Positions 48,452-62,571 of a DNA stretch of 64,000 nt are shown here, piece after piece. This DNA comes from Eledone cirrhosa. Taxonomy: Eukaryota. The position numbers and the translations under genes are program-made. A model generated the notes under the pieces. That model ran no database searches. It was not told where the DNA came from and was given only the letters and a program-made list of their open reading frames with translations. The DNA lies in NCBI GenBank assembly GCA_964016885.1, contig OZ024740.1, positions 360,778,001 through 360,842,000 of the forward strand, read 5' to 3'. How positions within the stretch are numbered: the first letter of the stretch is position 1; every line of letters starts with the position of its first letter.

Positions 48452-50939
48452 CGTTAAAAAGACAGATGCTGGAATGTAGTAGAACTGTTAGAGTGTCAAC
48501 TAAATACCTTGCAGTATTTAGTCTCCCATCCTCCATAAAATTAAAATAAAGGAAATCTAAGTAATCTTCTGCATCTGTAGAAATTAGTTAACCATTTGAT
48601 TTCCATATTTCTAATGAAATACACTGCCTATGATTTTCAAATAATTTTGAAAATAATCCAGAATTTGGAGGGGTTCTAGTAATATAATTGACTTTCTTGT
48701 TATCAATCTGGTGTTTGGAATATAAGTTAACAAAGGTTCTTAAATAAAATTATGATGGAAGTGTTTTTAGATAAATATAAACAAGTTACTGTATATACTT
48801 GAATATAAGTCGAGAGATATGAGACAAAAAAAAATTGATGGTAAAACAGAGGTTGGCGTATTTTTGAGGTGAACTTCAAATTCTACGTAAATCATCATCA
48901 CAAAAATAACTGGATTGATTATTTGTCATGAGTATTATTTATGCGTTCCCAACAAATCTTTATAATTTGAGCTTTTTAATACATAAATATCACCTACACA
49001 CGCACATACATTCAAGCACTCATGTGTCAACTTTTTTCTCTATGACTTAATTATTCTTATTCTTTCACTTTTCTGTCTTGTATTTTATTGGTCTAGCTCT
49101 CTCTCTCTCTTGTGCTATCTTTCTTTTGCTCTTCCCCTCCTCTCTCTCAATTGCTGTCTCTCCCTTCCCCTTCTTCTCTGAATCCTTATACAATGTTCTT
49201 TTAGTCAATCTCTTTCTTTCAACTATTCTCTATTCATTATGTCTCCTTGTACATAGTTTTGATCTCCCCCTAAGTAGCTGAAAGTAAACAAAAATTCAAG
49301 AAACTTGTTCAAACTTTATGAAATGGATAAAATGGTAAAAAATCATTATGTAATGGAGTTATGAAACGAAATTACACACTAAACGACACTTAAAACAATT
49401 TAAATATCAAAGTTTTAAAACTTCATAAATATATTCTCCACTCATGAAAATTTCAAAACCATGCCATCTAAACATGATGTGTTGATTAACTGCCTCGGCT
49501 TATACACAGACATAATTGTGTGTGTGTGTGCGTGTGCGTGTGCGTGTGTGTTTGTGTATATACGGTAATTCTTTCTTTACCATATTTCTAATGAAAGACA
49601 CAATGATATTATGTAATAATTCAGGGTGAATTCCGAGGAGTCTGCTGTTACCATTATTAACAACTTATTCTCTACAAAATCTTTACATCACACGTTTGTT
49701 TATTCTTTAAAAAAACATATGAAAGTGGAAACATTCTTGCTATATTTTAACTATATAGAAATACAAATGTCTTGACACTCGCCGCACTGTGTTTGGAAGC
49801 CATAGCTCGAGATGAACATATGTAAAGTAGGATAAGAATTTCCCCATTTCACCAAAGATGATTGAAAATGAGACAGCATTGCCAATGGCAAACATGTAAA
49901 CTCCTCTGGTGGATCACAAGAAATTCAAGTGTCTGTTCATAATTATGCCAAGATTAACCCTTTCTTAACCATATTTCGAATAAAACATTTTGAAAATAAC
50001 AAAGAATTTGGAAGGATTAAGTAATATAACTAATTTTCTCAAATAGCTACAGTTGAGAAATGAAACCAAGCTACAGGATTACTCTACCATCTAGTAACTC
50101 CCCAACTCCATTCTACAGTTATTGCCAAACACTATTGAAAGCTATACAGGATTCTTAAACCAGAATTCCTGTTGTTTCAAGCTTCAGTGAGCAATGATTT
50201 GCTGAGCTTAAAAAGAAAGTAAGCCTAGACACATTTTCATGACCAAATTTCCAAGTTGCCTGCTATTCAACTTGATCCATTGATTGTTAATAGCGATATC
50301 ATTGACAGGATAATAGCAATAACGATATCATTGTGATTGTGTCAATTGATTTTGTAATGCATCATTAGAAAATAATATAATACATATTTATATAAAGGTG
50401 TACATGTGTGCGTGAATGTGCATATATCAGTATGTGTGTGTTCACATCTATAGAGACTGTATCACATCTATAGAGACATCTACAGAGACTGCACACATCT
50501 ATAGAGACTGTATTAATACACAGATATAAACATACTCATATACATATACACACACATATATATATGCATATGTGTATGCTTGTATGCATGTATGTATAAT
50601 CTGTGTGAATATAAGCATAATATTTCAGCTGGGTTTTATAATACACCATCTCAGGCCTACACCTTGTTCTCCTGCTGCTCCTCAGCTCCTACTATCTTCC
50701 TCCCCACAATAAAGTATGTGTATATGAAGCTTAGAAAGTTCCTATCAACAGATTGCAAAACAAAACTATAAAGAATTGCAACAATGAATTTATACATATA
50801 GGTGTTTGTATAAATCAGAGAGAGGAGGTAAATGTAGAAGTGAGAGAGGAAGTGGGGGAGAGAAAGAGGGGAGGGAGGGATGGAGAAGGAGAGGGAGAGA
50901 AAGCAGAGTAAGTAGTATGGACCTGCAAAATAGTATGTG

Positions 50940-50976
<37 letters not shown>

Positions 50977-53257
50977 ACAAGTAGGAAGTAGCTATATGGT
51001 TGTATCAAACATGCATAAACACACGTCTGAATGTAAATTTACACACACACATATATGTAGTATATATATTATATACATTTTAAATTATATATAAGAAAAA
51101 CATACACATAGAGTTACTTGAAAAGAAATTGCGAGTGAGAAAATTTAAGCTCAATGTGTTTATATTGGTAGCAGGAAAAACAGATATTAAATATATATAT
51201 ATGTGTGTATGTGTGTGTGTGTTTATATATGCATGTATGTGTGTGTGCATGTGTGCATTTACACACACATATACACAGATAGGCTAAGTAACTCAACCTA
51301 CAAAGTCACACAGAGAAATAATGTATACACATTCACACACACACACATTCACACATACATGCACTGATGTATTTATTACCATTCACAAACATATAAGAGG
51401 TCATGCAAATTTATATGTGTTTGCATTTCTATACATATGTACGTGTGTGCACTTACTCATGTGTGCAAATGTATGCACATAAGCAAGTGTATGAATATGT
51501 ACAAGCGTATGCCTGTGTGCAAGTGTATGCACACGTGTGTCAAAGGAAGAAATAAAAGGAAAGGAAGAAGTATGAGAAAGTCTGAAAAGACTGGACAATT
51601 ATAGGTTAAATGACCCACACAATGAATAATTATGAAGGCCATGAACTACACAATGGCCAATTATTAGGTGATCTGACCAATACAATGTGTCATCACTGAA
51701 GGTAGGTGGTCTACACAATACTAGGTCCAAAACAAGCCACAATGGACTTCCATATAATGCTGAAGATACAAATAGTGAGATTATCTTGTAATGGCAAAGA
51801 TGAATTTAACTCTTTTGATACCAAACTGCCTGAAACCACCTCTAGTTCTATCATACTAAACTATTAGTTTTAAAATGTTTATATTTATCTAAAAACCTTC
51901 CATCGTAATTTTATGTAAGAACCTTTGTTAAGTTCCAAACACCAGCTTAACCATTTGATACCAAACTGCCTGGAACTGCCCCTGGTTTTATGATACAAAA
52001 CTGTTTGTTTTAAAAGTTTATATTTCCAACATAATTTTATGTAAGTAATATTCGTTAAGTTACGTTCAAACATCAGTGAACCTGAATAATGCAAAAATTA
52101 GTAATATTACTAAATCCATTCAAATTTTATATAATTTTCCAAAATTAATTGAAACACATTTGCCATGGGATTCATTAGAAATATAGTAATAAAAGGATTA
52201 ATGGTTTTCTTTTTCCCCCATATAAAATCACCAGCCCCACTATTATCATAAGCTAATGGAGAGCCTACAGGGTTGCTCAGCCTACTAGAAATAGCAGTTA
52301 AATCTCATTCAAATCACACATAATCTCCTCAGCCAGCAATAAAAATCACCACCGCCATCACCACCACCACCACCACCACCACCACCACCCACCATCAAAA
52401 CCCCACTCCCCAAACACCACCACCATGATCAATACAAGGACAACGATAACCACCATCCCCACCCTTGCCACATGCAACTCAAAATCTGTCTGTGTGATTG
52501 GATTAGATGGAATTAATTTAGTAAGGAAGATTTTGGTGTATGGACATGAACAAAGGAGCAATTGTCATGTGGACAGCAATGGCAACAGCAGAGATGGACA
52601 ATGGTATGGGTGGTATGAATGGTGAGGAGTAACTTGATTGTCTCCCTTTCCTCAGCAAACTCTCCTGACAATAGAAAACAAATTTGTCAAACATCTATCC
52701 AATCTATCCTTCCATTTGTTTGTTTGGTCAGAGAAAGATGAAACCCCAACCACCACAAACATCCCATCCCCACCATTACTACTATGGACCAATGCCACTA
52801 CTACCTACACCACCACTACTTACTCTTCTTCTCATCACCACCCCTTTACTAACCACACACACAACAACTATCACCACCACTTACACTGTATGTGCAATCA
52901 AATCTTGGAACAAAGAAACTTTGTTTTCTTGACCACATCTCATCATTCAAGTTTTACCTTTGATCCAGGGAAATGTGTGAGAGAGAGAGATAGATTGATA
53001 GAGAAAAAGAAATAGAGATATAGAGGGAGAGAGAGAAAGACGGATATATATATAGTGATATATATATACATATATATATATATAAAGAGAAAAAGAGAGA
53101 GATGGCATAGAGAAAAGTTCATGTTACTAATAAATAAGAGACATATAAATAACAACAAAATCAAAAACACACAAAAAGTGAATGAGTAAATTAACAAGGC
53201 AAAACAAGCAATGAGATGATAAATTACATTGAACTTCATCAAATCTGTATGAATCTT

Positions 53258-53620
53258 CTTTTGCTGGTTTCAATCAAAGGACTGTGTCCATGCTAAGGCA
53301 CTACTTTAAAGTGATTTAATTGATTATATAAAATACCAGTACTTTTTCTTGTTGGTCAAAAGACTGTAGCTTTGCTGGGGCATCATCTAGAAGGGATTTA
53401 GTTAATTATATAGACCTCACTATTTTCTTTTGTTGGTTTCAGTCATTGGACTGTGGTCATTGGACTGTGGTCATTGGACTGTGGTCATTGGACTGGGACA
53501 CCATGTTGAAGAGATTTAGTTGATTATATAGAACCCAGTAGTCTCTAGCTGGTTTCAGTCATTGGATTGTGGTCATGCTGCAGCGCCACCTTGAAGGGTT
53601 TTAGTTGATTATATAGTCCA
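53258..53620. repeat. ~85-bp degenerate tandem repeat (x4) with internal 14-bp repeats
   Basis: Units TTG(C/T)TGGTTTCAGTCATTGGACTGTGG.CATGCT..G.CACC..CTTGAAGGG.TTTAGTTGATTATATAG. Confidence 0.65.
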
Positions 53621-55116
53621 CATTGTAAAATGGTTGCATAGGCGTCACAACAAAAAGCACCCAGTACTCACTGTAAATGAGGTTGGCATTAGGAAGGGCA
53701 TCCAGCTGGAGAAACCAAGCCCAAACCAGTCCTGTATGAGCAAGACATGGTCACTTGACCTAGCATTGCCCACAACAAGACAATTTGTCTGACCCATGCT
53801 AGGGTGGAAAATGGATGTAAAATGGTGATGCTGATGATATAGTGCCCCAGTACTTTTTCTGGTATTCATTACATTGGTCCCCTAAGATATGAAATGCAAA
53901 GTGGACACTGATATAAGAGGAGATAACTCAATACCAATACTTATCCCAAGCTGATATAAACATACTATCTCATCATTATTTAATGTCCGTTTTCCCTGTT
54001 AGCAAGGGTTGGATGGGTCATCACAGACCAAGTCAGTACTTAATCAAACCAGGGACCAGATCCAACATATATGTTCCCACATTCTACATAGTATACTGCA
54101 TGTGTTTTATCATAACACTAGCTGTCATCTCTTTGACATAATTAAAGTGTCCTCTTGACCCTTTGTTTGATAAACTTTCTACAGTTTGATGTTCAAGTCA
54201 CTAATATGACCATATATATTCTGAAGATGGGGATGTGAAGGTCTTGAAACTTTAATATACATATGAATTTATGAATGCTAGTTTTTCATACTAAATTTAA
54301 AGAATTAACAAGAAAAATATGAAAAATCATTAATAAAAAAATGAAACTGAAGTACAGTCATGAAGTACAGTTTTCTATATATCACAAGTTCGAAAGAAAA
54401 GCTGTTCCCTACTTAAATGAATATATATATAAATTCATTTAATGGAGTCATTAAACAGCAGCCATACTGGGGTAGTGCCTTCATTTATCATATTAACCAC
54501 AGTACTTATTTTATCTACTTCAATTTGTTGAACCTTGAGATTATAGGACATAAACTCAGACACACATACATAAATATATATATACGACAGGCTTCTGCAT
54601 AGTTTCCAAGTGTACCAAATTATTTCACACACACTGACACACCTTTAACCACCTCCCATATACATATATATATTCATCATTGTTTAACGTTCTTCTTCAA
54701 CGCTAGAATGGGTTAGATAGGTTTGTCCCATTAGAGGCAAGTTGGGTCGGGTGATCGTGTCTTGCTCATACAGAACTGTTTCTGGCTGGTTTTCTATGGT
54801 TGGATTGCCTTCCTAGCGTCAACCACATTTATAGTGTGTGATGGGTGCTTTTTGTTGTGTCTTTTACATGACCACTTTACAGTGTGGGCTGGGTGCTTTT
54901 TATTGTGACACCTATACGACCACTTTCAGTTTATATATATATATACACATATGGTCTATATATATATATATATGATGATTGCTTCATCTTGTCAGATGGT
55001 AGCCATCTCAACATCACCACAATCATTCCTCAAGTCTACATCCTCCCATGTGCATGGAGGTGACTTTCAAATCAAGTAACAAAAAGCAAAACTAAGATCC
55101 CAAGATCTCTCATATA

Positions 55117-56680
55117 CTAGCAGAGGTACCCGGCATTGCTCGGATATTAAATAGCAGTTGTGTATATCATTTATGTCAATACTTCAGTGCTGGTTCGATA
55201 ACTATACTTTTACAAAATCATTGGCTTTTTCCAAAAGGGGGTTCCTGCCCCCAGGGGTCCCCTACCCAATATGTGCCAATTCTCAGAGTTCACATTCATC
55301 TGTAGGACAAACGTAGCCCATGTGTCAAGTTTTGTGAAAATCGGTTGCGATCTCCAGAAGTTATGACGTTTTGTTGCATTGCACTGCAGTACTTCAGTCG
55401 ACTCCAAGGAAGTGGTTAAAGGGGTTATCTGCTGGGGGGCCCTATAATCAATATCTGGAAAAATGACAGTGCCCATGACCATCCAGAGTACATAAGTAAC
55501 CTATGTCTTAAGTTTGGTGAAAATACTGTAGAAATGCATAAGGTTTATACATACGTGCGTGCGTTCATGTGTGTGCGTGTGTGTGTATGGGGAGGGGGGT
55601 ATGTATGTGTATGTCCGCCGGGGCATACGTATGTACTGGCCTAAATCTTCACTATTTACTTTTACTATTTTAATAACCTCTATCATTTTCGTTTTCAATT
55701 TTATTTACATCATTCTTAAACTCCGGGGCTGGAAATCATTCTGTTAAATAGAATATTAGTCTAACGACTCCATTTATACCATAAACTTGGTCTTGTCTTT
55801 GCATGAAATTGTTCTTCACGCTCCACATGACGACGTATTATCCTCGCTTTTTTTCCCGCTCATTGCCAGGGAACGTCTTCACGAACCAAAATATCGTCTT
55901 CCTGTTTTCGTTCGGTTGCAACGTTTCTCAAAATATTTACTTCTGCGTTCACAGATTACTCTCAGTTCAATTTGAATGGGAAATTCCTGTTTCATCGATT
56001 TTCTCTGTAACCATGGAAGCTTGTAGCTTGAAAGTCAACCCAACGCCTCCTTGGGTCATTCTGCATAACTGTGTAATTTTCGCTGCATTCCACCAAGCCG
56101 TTTCGACGTTTATCCGACTACACCTACATATACAACGTCCAACCACTTCCAATTTATATAGTAGATTTGTTTATATATGAATGACAAAAAGAAAAGTACA
56201 AAACTATACATGAATTGTTTCTACTAAACCTTCAATTTAAGACACAACCTACATATTTGATAGGACTCCAGCTCACTTCTTCTTCTCCTCTTCCTCCCCC
56301 TGGAACATTGGGCTGCGAGCCACCCCCACACAACGCCTTGTTCTGAGTCTGCTTTTCAACTCCACCATGAGGCACGGTGCGTCATGGTGTATCTAACCAT
56401 TTTTTTAGGTCTTACTACGGGATTTTACTGCTTTATTTGTATGAAATTGTAAATAAGACAAAAGTATTAGAACAGGGGGAAATAACTCACCAAATGTGAT
56501 AGTTTTGGGACCCCAGGGACCACATTTTTCAAGTTAGAGATTTGAAACCTTGTCTATTTGCTTCTTGGGCACTTTTTACATAGGTGTGTAAATTTTCATG
56601 TCAGTCCGACCACGTCTACTACCATTTAACCGTGCACATCTGAATTTCAACGATCACCCATTTCACAAATATATATTAGA
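55117..56680 (-). mobile_element. Non-autonomous Helitron (~1.56 kb)
   Basis: Minus strand starts TCTAATATAT and ends CCGAGCAATGCCGGGTACCTCTGCTAG (imperfect GC hairpin + CTAG); inserted between A and T with no TSD. Confidence 0.7.
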
Positions 56681-56849
56681 TATATATACATGTAAAAATG
56701 TTATCATAAGAAATGAGAGAATGTTTAGATCTTCATAAAATTTCACATGTTATTGAGATATTCATGGTAAAAAGCAAGTATACTGAAATGTTTGTTTTAT
56801 ATGAGAGGAGCTGAATGTTTAAAATCCTTTCATAGAACTTCTAGCATTA

Positions 56850-57032
56850 TTTAGGCAGTATTGGTAGAGAGTCGGACACCATGCTTTGAAGCATAGAGTT
56901 ACATCCCTTTATGATCTGAGTTCAAATCCCGCCGAGGTTAACTTTGCCTTTCATCCTTATGGGGTCGATAAAATAAAGTACCAGTAATGTACTGGGTATG
57001 TGCTGGCCTTGTGCCAAAAGTAGAAACAATTA
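56850..57032 (+). mobile_element. tRNA-derived SINE copy
   Basis: GGCAGTATTGG...GAGTTCAAATCCCGCCGAGG...GCCTTTCATCCTTATGGGGTCGATAAAATAAAGTACC...AGAAACAATTATT. Confidence 0.8.
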
Positions 57033-57654
57033 TTTATTTGAGTTATGAGGTGAATCATGTGTTGAACAAGATGACAAGAAATCTTCAGCAATAAATATTT
57101 AGCAGTATAAGTATAATTTAAAGGAATGACTATGACATTCTTATTCCCTATGGACTAATGGATATATTATATTAGATATTTTATAGGAATTATAGATTAA
57201 ATTAAATCATGAAAGAAATATAGCAAAATTGGTATGGTTTGTTTTCTATAACAGAATTTGAATGTTTATAAATACTTCATTGAACTTGTATGTTTCAGAT
57301 ATAACAAAGTCTGTGAACATTTGATTTGTTTGTTGAAGAAATATTGATCTGTTAGCATTTAAACCGGCTGTATCCGGCCAGAATTCTCTCACCTCTTTCT
57401 GTTGAAACTAGCCATAATTGGCCACTCATAGGGATGTTAAGGTATTGTTCTCAAAATAAATAACATCAAAATCTCATAGATTCGATATTATGTGAGGTAA
57501 AACCTTTACTGTGAAAATACAATAGTAAATATAGAGTAATATAAATAGTAAAGGGTTAAAGAAAGGGTTTTGATATTTATGCCTTTCCCAAAGTCCCCGA
57601 AACAACTCCAAATGAGAGTTGAATCTGTTGATGGCGTTCTCGCGATCTCACTAC

Positions 57655-57845
57655 TGAAGTAGTAGTGGTGGTGGTGATAGTTGTGGTAATAGTAGTGGTT
57701 GTGGTAGTTGTAGTAGAAATAGCAGAAGTAGTAGAGGCATTCACTGCAGTGGGAGTAGTAGTAGTGATGATGTTAGGAGTAGCAGTGGTGATAGTAGTAA
57801 TAGTTGTAGTAGTGTTGGTGGTGGTGGTGGTGGTAGTAGTAATAA
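57655..57845. repeat. (GTA/GTG)n trinucleotide low-complexity tract
   Basis: Direct inspection; source of the poly-Thr/Val ORFs. Confidence 0.85.
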
Positions 57846-58006
57846 GAAGGATAATGAAAAATAAAGATAAAGAACAATTGAAGATTGAAGAAGAAAAGAA
57901 AAAATGATCAACTTTAACAAAAAAAAACAAAACAAAAACAATAACAGTAACAACAATAACAATGGAAGAAAATATTCAAATAACCTGTGGATATATATAT
58001 ATAATT

Positions 58007-58055
<49 letters not shown>

Positions 58056-58858
58056 AACAGTTACAAATATCTACATATATATATGTTTACAATTTTCAAT
58101 TCAGTATTTGTTCCAACCCTTTACAGTTATGAATCTTGGTTAATGACCAAAAAATACGATTGTGAATACAAGCAGCCAAAATAGGGTTCCTCCGAAGGGT
58201 CTTTGGAATAATGTTACTTGATAGAATGCACAGCCCAGAGATTAGGAAGTTGTTCCAGGTAGAGCTGCTACTTCTCTGAACTGAAAGATCACAGCTCTGA
58301 TACTACAGACATGTGATCAGAATGTTTAAGGAAAGAATTGCTGGACAAACTTCACAGGCAAAACCAACCGACAGGAAACCCAGGGATAGACCCTGAGCAA
58401 AATGGTTGGATAACGTTCATGAGCTCAGCTGATCACTCTTTGGGATCCAGCCAGGACCCACTGGAAGACATACTTAAGGGCTTTGCCTCAACAACCCTCA
58501 CAGGAATAAGTAAACAAAGAAGAATATATACACACACATATATTTACATATATATTTACAATATGTGTGTGGAAATATATTTCTAGTTAAATTTTTGATA
58601 TTAAACATTTTTGACATCTGACAATCATAATCATCCACCATTCTTCCATCAAACACAAATACACACAACACATAAACATTGGGAAATATGGATATATATA
58701 TATAAAGAGGGGAAGGGGCAGAGAGAGTAGGCCATAAATTGCATAAAATTTGAAAAATATAATGACATTTTTTAATTGTTTATTATAGCATGAAATATAT
58801 ATATTTTTAAAACCCCTCTGTCAAGTACAATCCCCCTTTCATTCATATATTCATTGGG

Positions 58859-58902
<44 letters not shown>

Positions 58903-58906
<4 letters not shown>

Positions 58907-59722
58907 TCATCACCGTTTTACGTCCGTTCTTCCACGCTAGCATGGGTTAGACGGGTTGTCCTGTTGTGGGCAGTGTCTGGTCGGCTGACCATGCCTTGCT
59001 CATACAGGAACTGATCTGGCTTGATTTCTACAGCTGGATGCCCTTCCTAACACCAACCTCATTTACAGTGAGTGCTGGGTGCTTTTTCGTGGCGCCTACA
59101 CGTCCACTTTACAGTGTGGGCTGGGTGCTTTTTTGCCGTGGCACCTCCACGACCACCTTGCGGTGGGGGGGGGGGGGGGGCATATTGTTTATATGCTTCA
59201 GCATGTACCCATGGGAGGTCGGGTACCCTGTATTACTGCGTGACGCCAGAAGTCACGGTCGTGTGTCATTGACTTTGAGAGGTGTAGTTGGGTAAGGTCG
59301 GCTTTTATCACCTCATCCCAAGTCATCTTGGGTCTCCCCACTCCGCGGTTTCCATCAACTTCTAGTGCTCTGCACCTTTTTATGCAGCTGTCATCCTTCA
59401 TACGCATCACATGTCCATACCAGCGTAACCGCCTCTCCTGCACGCAGCATTTGATTCCTCTTATGCTCAGTCTCTCTCTCAATTCATTTATGCTTTGTCG
59501 TTCACGTATATTACTGTTACACATCCATCGGAGCATGCAGGCTTCGTTTCTCTCTAATCTACGTAAGTCTTCCACCTTCAGCGCCCAGGTCTCACTACCA
59601 TGCAACATCGCTGTTCGGATACACGCATCATACAGTCTGCCTTTCATTCTGAGGGAGAAGCCTTTTGCAGCTAGCAGTGGTAGTAGTTCCCTAAACTTCT
59701 TCCATCCCGTTCTTACCCTAGT
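58903..59722 (-). mobile_element. RTE LINE 3' fragment + 3'UTR
   Basis: TRVRTGWKKFRELLPLL...MLHGSETW...RWYGHVMRM...GRPKMTW; both ends abut (TA)n. Confidence 0.9.
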
Positions 59723-59757
59723 TATATATATATATATATATATACATACACACATAA

Positions 59758-59800
<43 letters not shown>

Positions 59801-60156
59801 CACACATAAATATCAATACATACATATATACATGCACACACACACATATATATATATCCACTGTAAAGTGGTAATGGTAGAACCATGAGAAAATGCACTC
59901 AGTACATGTTGCAATGTGGTAGTGCTGGTCACGATAGAATGTATCTACTACATACTGCAATGTGATAGTGCCACTATAAGCAGCATTAGGAATGGCATCC
60001 ATTCAAAGAAACCATGCCAAAATAAAACATACGATGAAGAAATGGTCATCTAATTTATCTAGTCTCAGAATGTGACCAGTACCAGCATGGCAAACAGGTG
60101 TAAAATGGTGTTGTTGATGACGATGGTGATATCTATATACAAATATATAAAGGTTT

Positions 60157-61882
60157 AAATTGATCTAGACGAAATGCAGTTTGGGTTTGTGTTGGGTAAA
60201 AGTACCACAGACGACCTTTTCCTTGTACGACAACTGTGGGAGAAGTACCTAGCTAAAAGTAAACCCCTATACTTAGCTTTTGTTGACTTGGAGAAAGCAT
60301 TTGACGGAGTCCCCCGTGCCATTATCTGGTGGGCCCTTAGAAAACTAGGGGTTGATGAATGGCTTGTGAGAGCTATACAAGCCATGTATAAAGAAACAGT
60401 CAGCAAGGTTAGAATTAACAACGAATATAGTGAAGAATTTAGCGTAAAAGTTGGTATCCATCAGGGCTCTGTCTTTAGCCCCCTCCTATTTATTATTGCC
60501 CTTCAGGCTATAATAGAGGAGTTCAAGCCCGGCTGCCCATGGGACTTCTCTATGCAGATGATCTAACACTCATAGCTGAATTGATGGCTGAACTAGAGAA
60601 GAAATTCCAAACATGGAAGCATGGCCTAGAACCAAAAGGCCTTAAAGTTAACTTGTCTAAGACTAAAGTTCTAGTATATAGGAAGGAAAATAGAGCACAG
60701 GTCCCCTCTGGGAAATGGCCATGCTCAGTGTGTAGGAAAGGAGTAGGCAGAAATTCCATTTTATGTCCCAAATGCAAAGTATGGGTGCATAAAAGATGTA
60801 GTGGGATCACAGGTAAGCTATCTAACAACGTAGATTTTATATGTGGCCAGTGCTCAGGTACAATAAGTAGCAAGCGCCCATAGGATACTAGCTCGTTCTA
60901 TTGCCCAGATGGCTCTATAGAAATGGTGGACACCTTCCGTTACTTGGGTGACAAAATCAGCAGTGGTGGAGGGTGCTCTGAAAGTACAGTAGCTAGAGTC
61001 AGAACTGGATGGAAAAAGTTCAGAGAGCTTATACCACTATTGGCCACTAAAGGTCTCTCTCTAAAAATGAAAGGCAGACTGTATGATGCCTGCATACGAA
61101 CAGCTATGTTACATGGCAGTGAGACATGGGCATTGTGTGCAGAGGATCTGCAGGAATGAAGCATGCATGCTCCGCTGGATGTGTAATAGTAATATACGTG
61201 AACAGCAAAGCATAAATGAACTAAGTGAGAAATTAGGTATAAGAGGGAGCAGATGCTGTTTACTCGAGAGAAGACTACGTTGGTATGGTCACGTGATGCG
61301 CATGAAAGACGACAGCTGTATAAAAAAAGTGCAGGGCGATCAAAATTGACGGAATTTACGGAGTAGGCAGACCCAGAAAAACCTGGGATGGTTTGATAAA
61401 TTCCAACCTTACACACTTACACCTCTCTAAGACAATGTCACTGGACCGAGATCTTTGGCGCTACGCAGTAATACAGAAAACCTGACTTGCCTAAGTACAA
61501 AGCGAAATCTACAGTCAGTAGGCACCTCTTAACCAAATATACACCCGTTTCACTCCCCCACCCCACCCCCATCAATACCACCCCTTTCTCTGTAAAGTTA
61601 TGTTGGTACCACAACATCCAGTCCTAAATAAATGAGGTTGTGTAGGTGTCACGACAAAAAACACACAGTCCACGCTGTAATGTGGCCGTGTAGGTTACAC
61701 GGTAAAAACCTCCCAGTCCACACTGTAAACGTGGTTGGTGTTAGGAAGGGCATCCAGCCGTAGAAAACCTGCCAGACAGTCCCATACGAGTGAGACGACC
61801 AATCTTGCCTCAAGTGGGACAATTCCCGTCTAAACCCATGCTAGTGTGGAAGATAGATGTTAAACGATGATGATGATGATGA
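60157..61882 (+). mobile_element. 5'-truncated RTE LINE (same family as 29912-33385)
   Basis: Collinear with 31670-33380, including the Cys/His finger and 3'UTR; ends (GAT)n(TA)n. Confidence 0.9.
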
Positions 61883-61903
61883 TATATATACACACACACA
61901 CAC

Positions 61904-61984
<81 letters not shown>

Positions 61985-62295
61985 TAGACAATATGCTCCC
62001 CCCACTCTCCCACTGCAAAGTGGTCATGGAGGTGCCATGGCAAAAAAGCACCCAGCCCACACTGTAAAGTAGACGTGTAGGCGCCACGGAAAAAAAGCAC
62101 CCAGCACTCACTGTAAATGAGGTTGGTGTTAGGAAGGGCATCCAGCTGTAGAAATCAAGCCAGAATCAGTTCCTGTATGAGCAAGACATGGTCAGCCAAC
62201 CAGACACTGCCCACAACAGGACAACCCGTCTAACCCATGCTAGTGTGGAAGAACGGACGTAAAGCGGTGATGATGATGATGATGATGATGATGAC

Positions 62296-62326
<31 letters not shown>

Positions 62327-62331
62327 TACAT

Positions 62332-62374
<43 letters not shown>

Positions 62375-62385
62375 TATATAATACA

Positions 62386-62571
62386 GTAAAATGACAAGAG
62401 GCCAGACAGGTAAAATTCCTTCAGGTTTTTATTTCTGGAAACACTATGTACATTTCAGTGGTCAGGTTACATATGAACCTGGTGACATCATCAGGCGTAT
62501 ATTGCATCATAGTGTTTGCAGGAATAAAAATCTGAAGGAATGTGATATGTCTGGCCTCCTGTCATTTTACT
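62386..62571. repeat. Imperfect inverted repeat (~62-bp arms) enclosing a hammerhead
   Basis: GTAAAATGACAAGAGGCCAGACA...AAACACTATG pairs with CATAGTGTTT...TGTCTGGCCTCCTGTCATTTTAC. Confidence 0.8.
62441..62498 (-). ncRNA. Type I hammerhead ribozyme motif
   Basis: ACGC-CTGATGA-[TGTCAC CAGGTT catatgt AACCTG ACCACT]-GAAAT-GTAC-ATA|GTGT; palindromic stem III (ATGTACAT); the base of stem II is imperfect. Confidence 0.6.

Noticed and set aside
50662-50710. Possible RUFY exon (...GAEEQQENK|gtgtag)
   Set aside because: No clear acceptor; a phase-0 end is incompatible with the phase-2 start at 47746; no recognisable RUFY motif.
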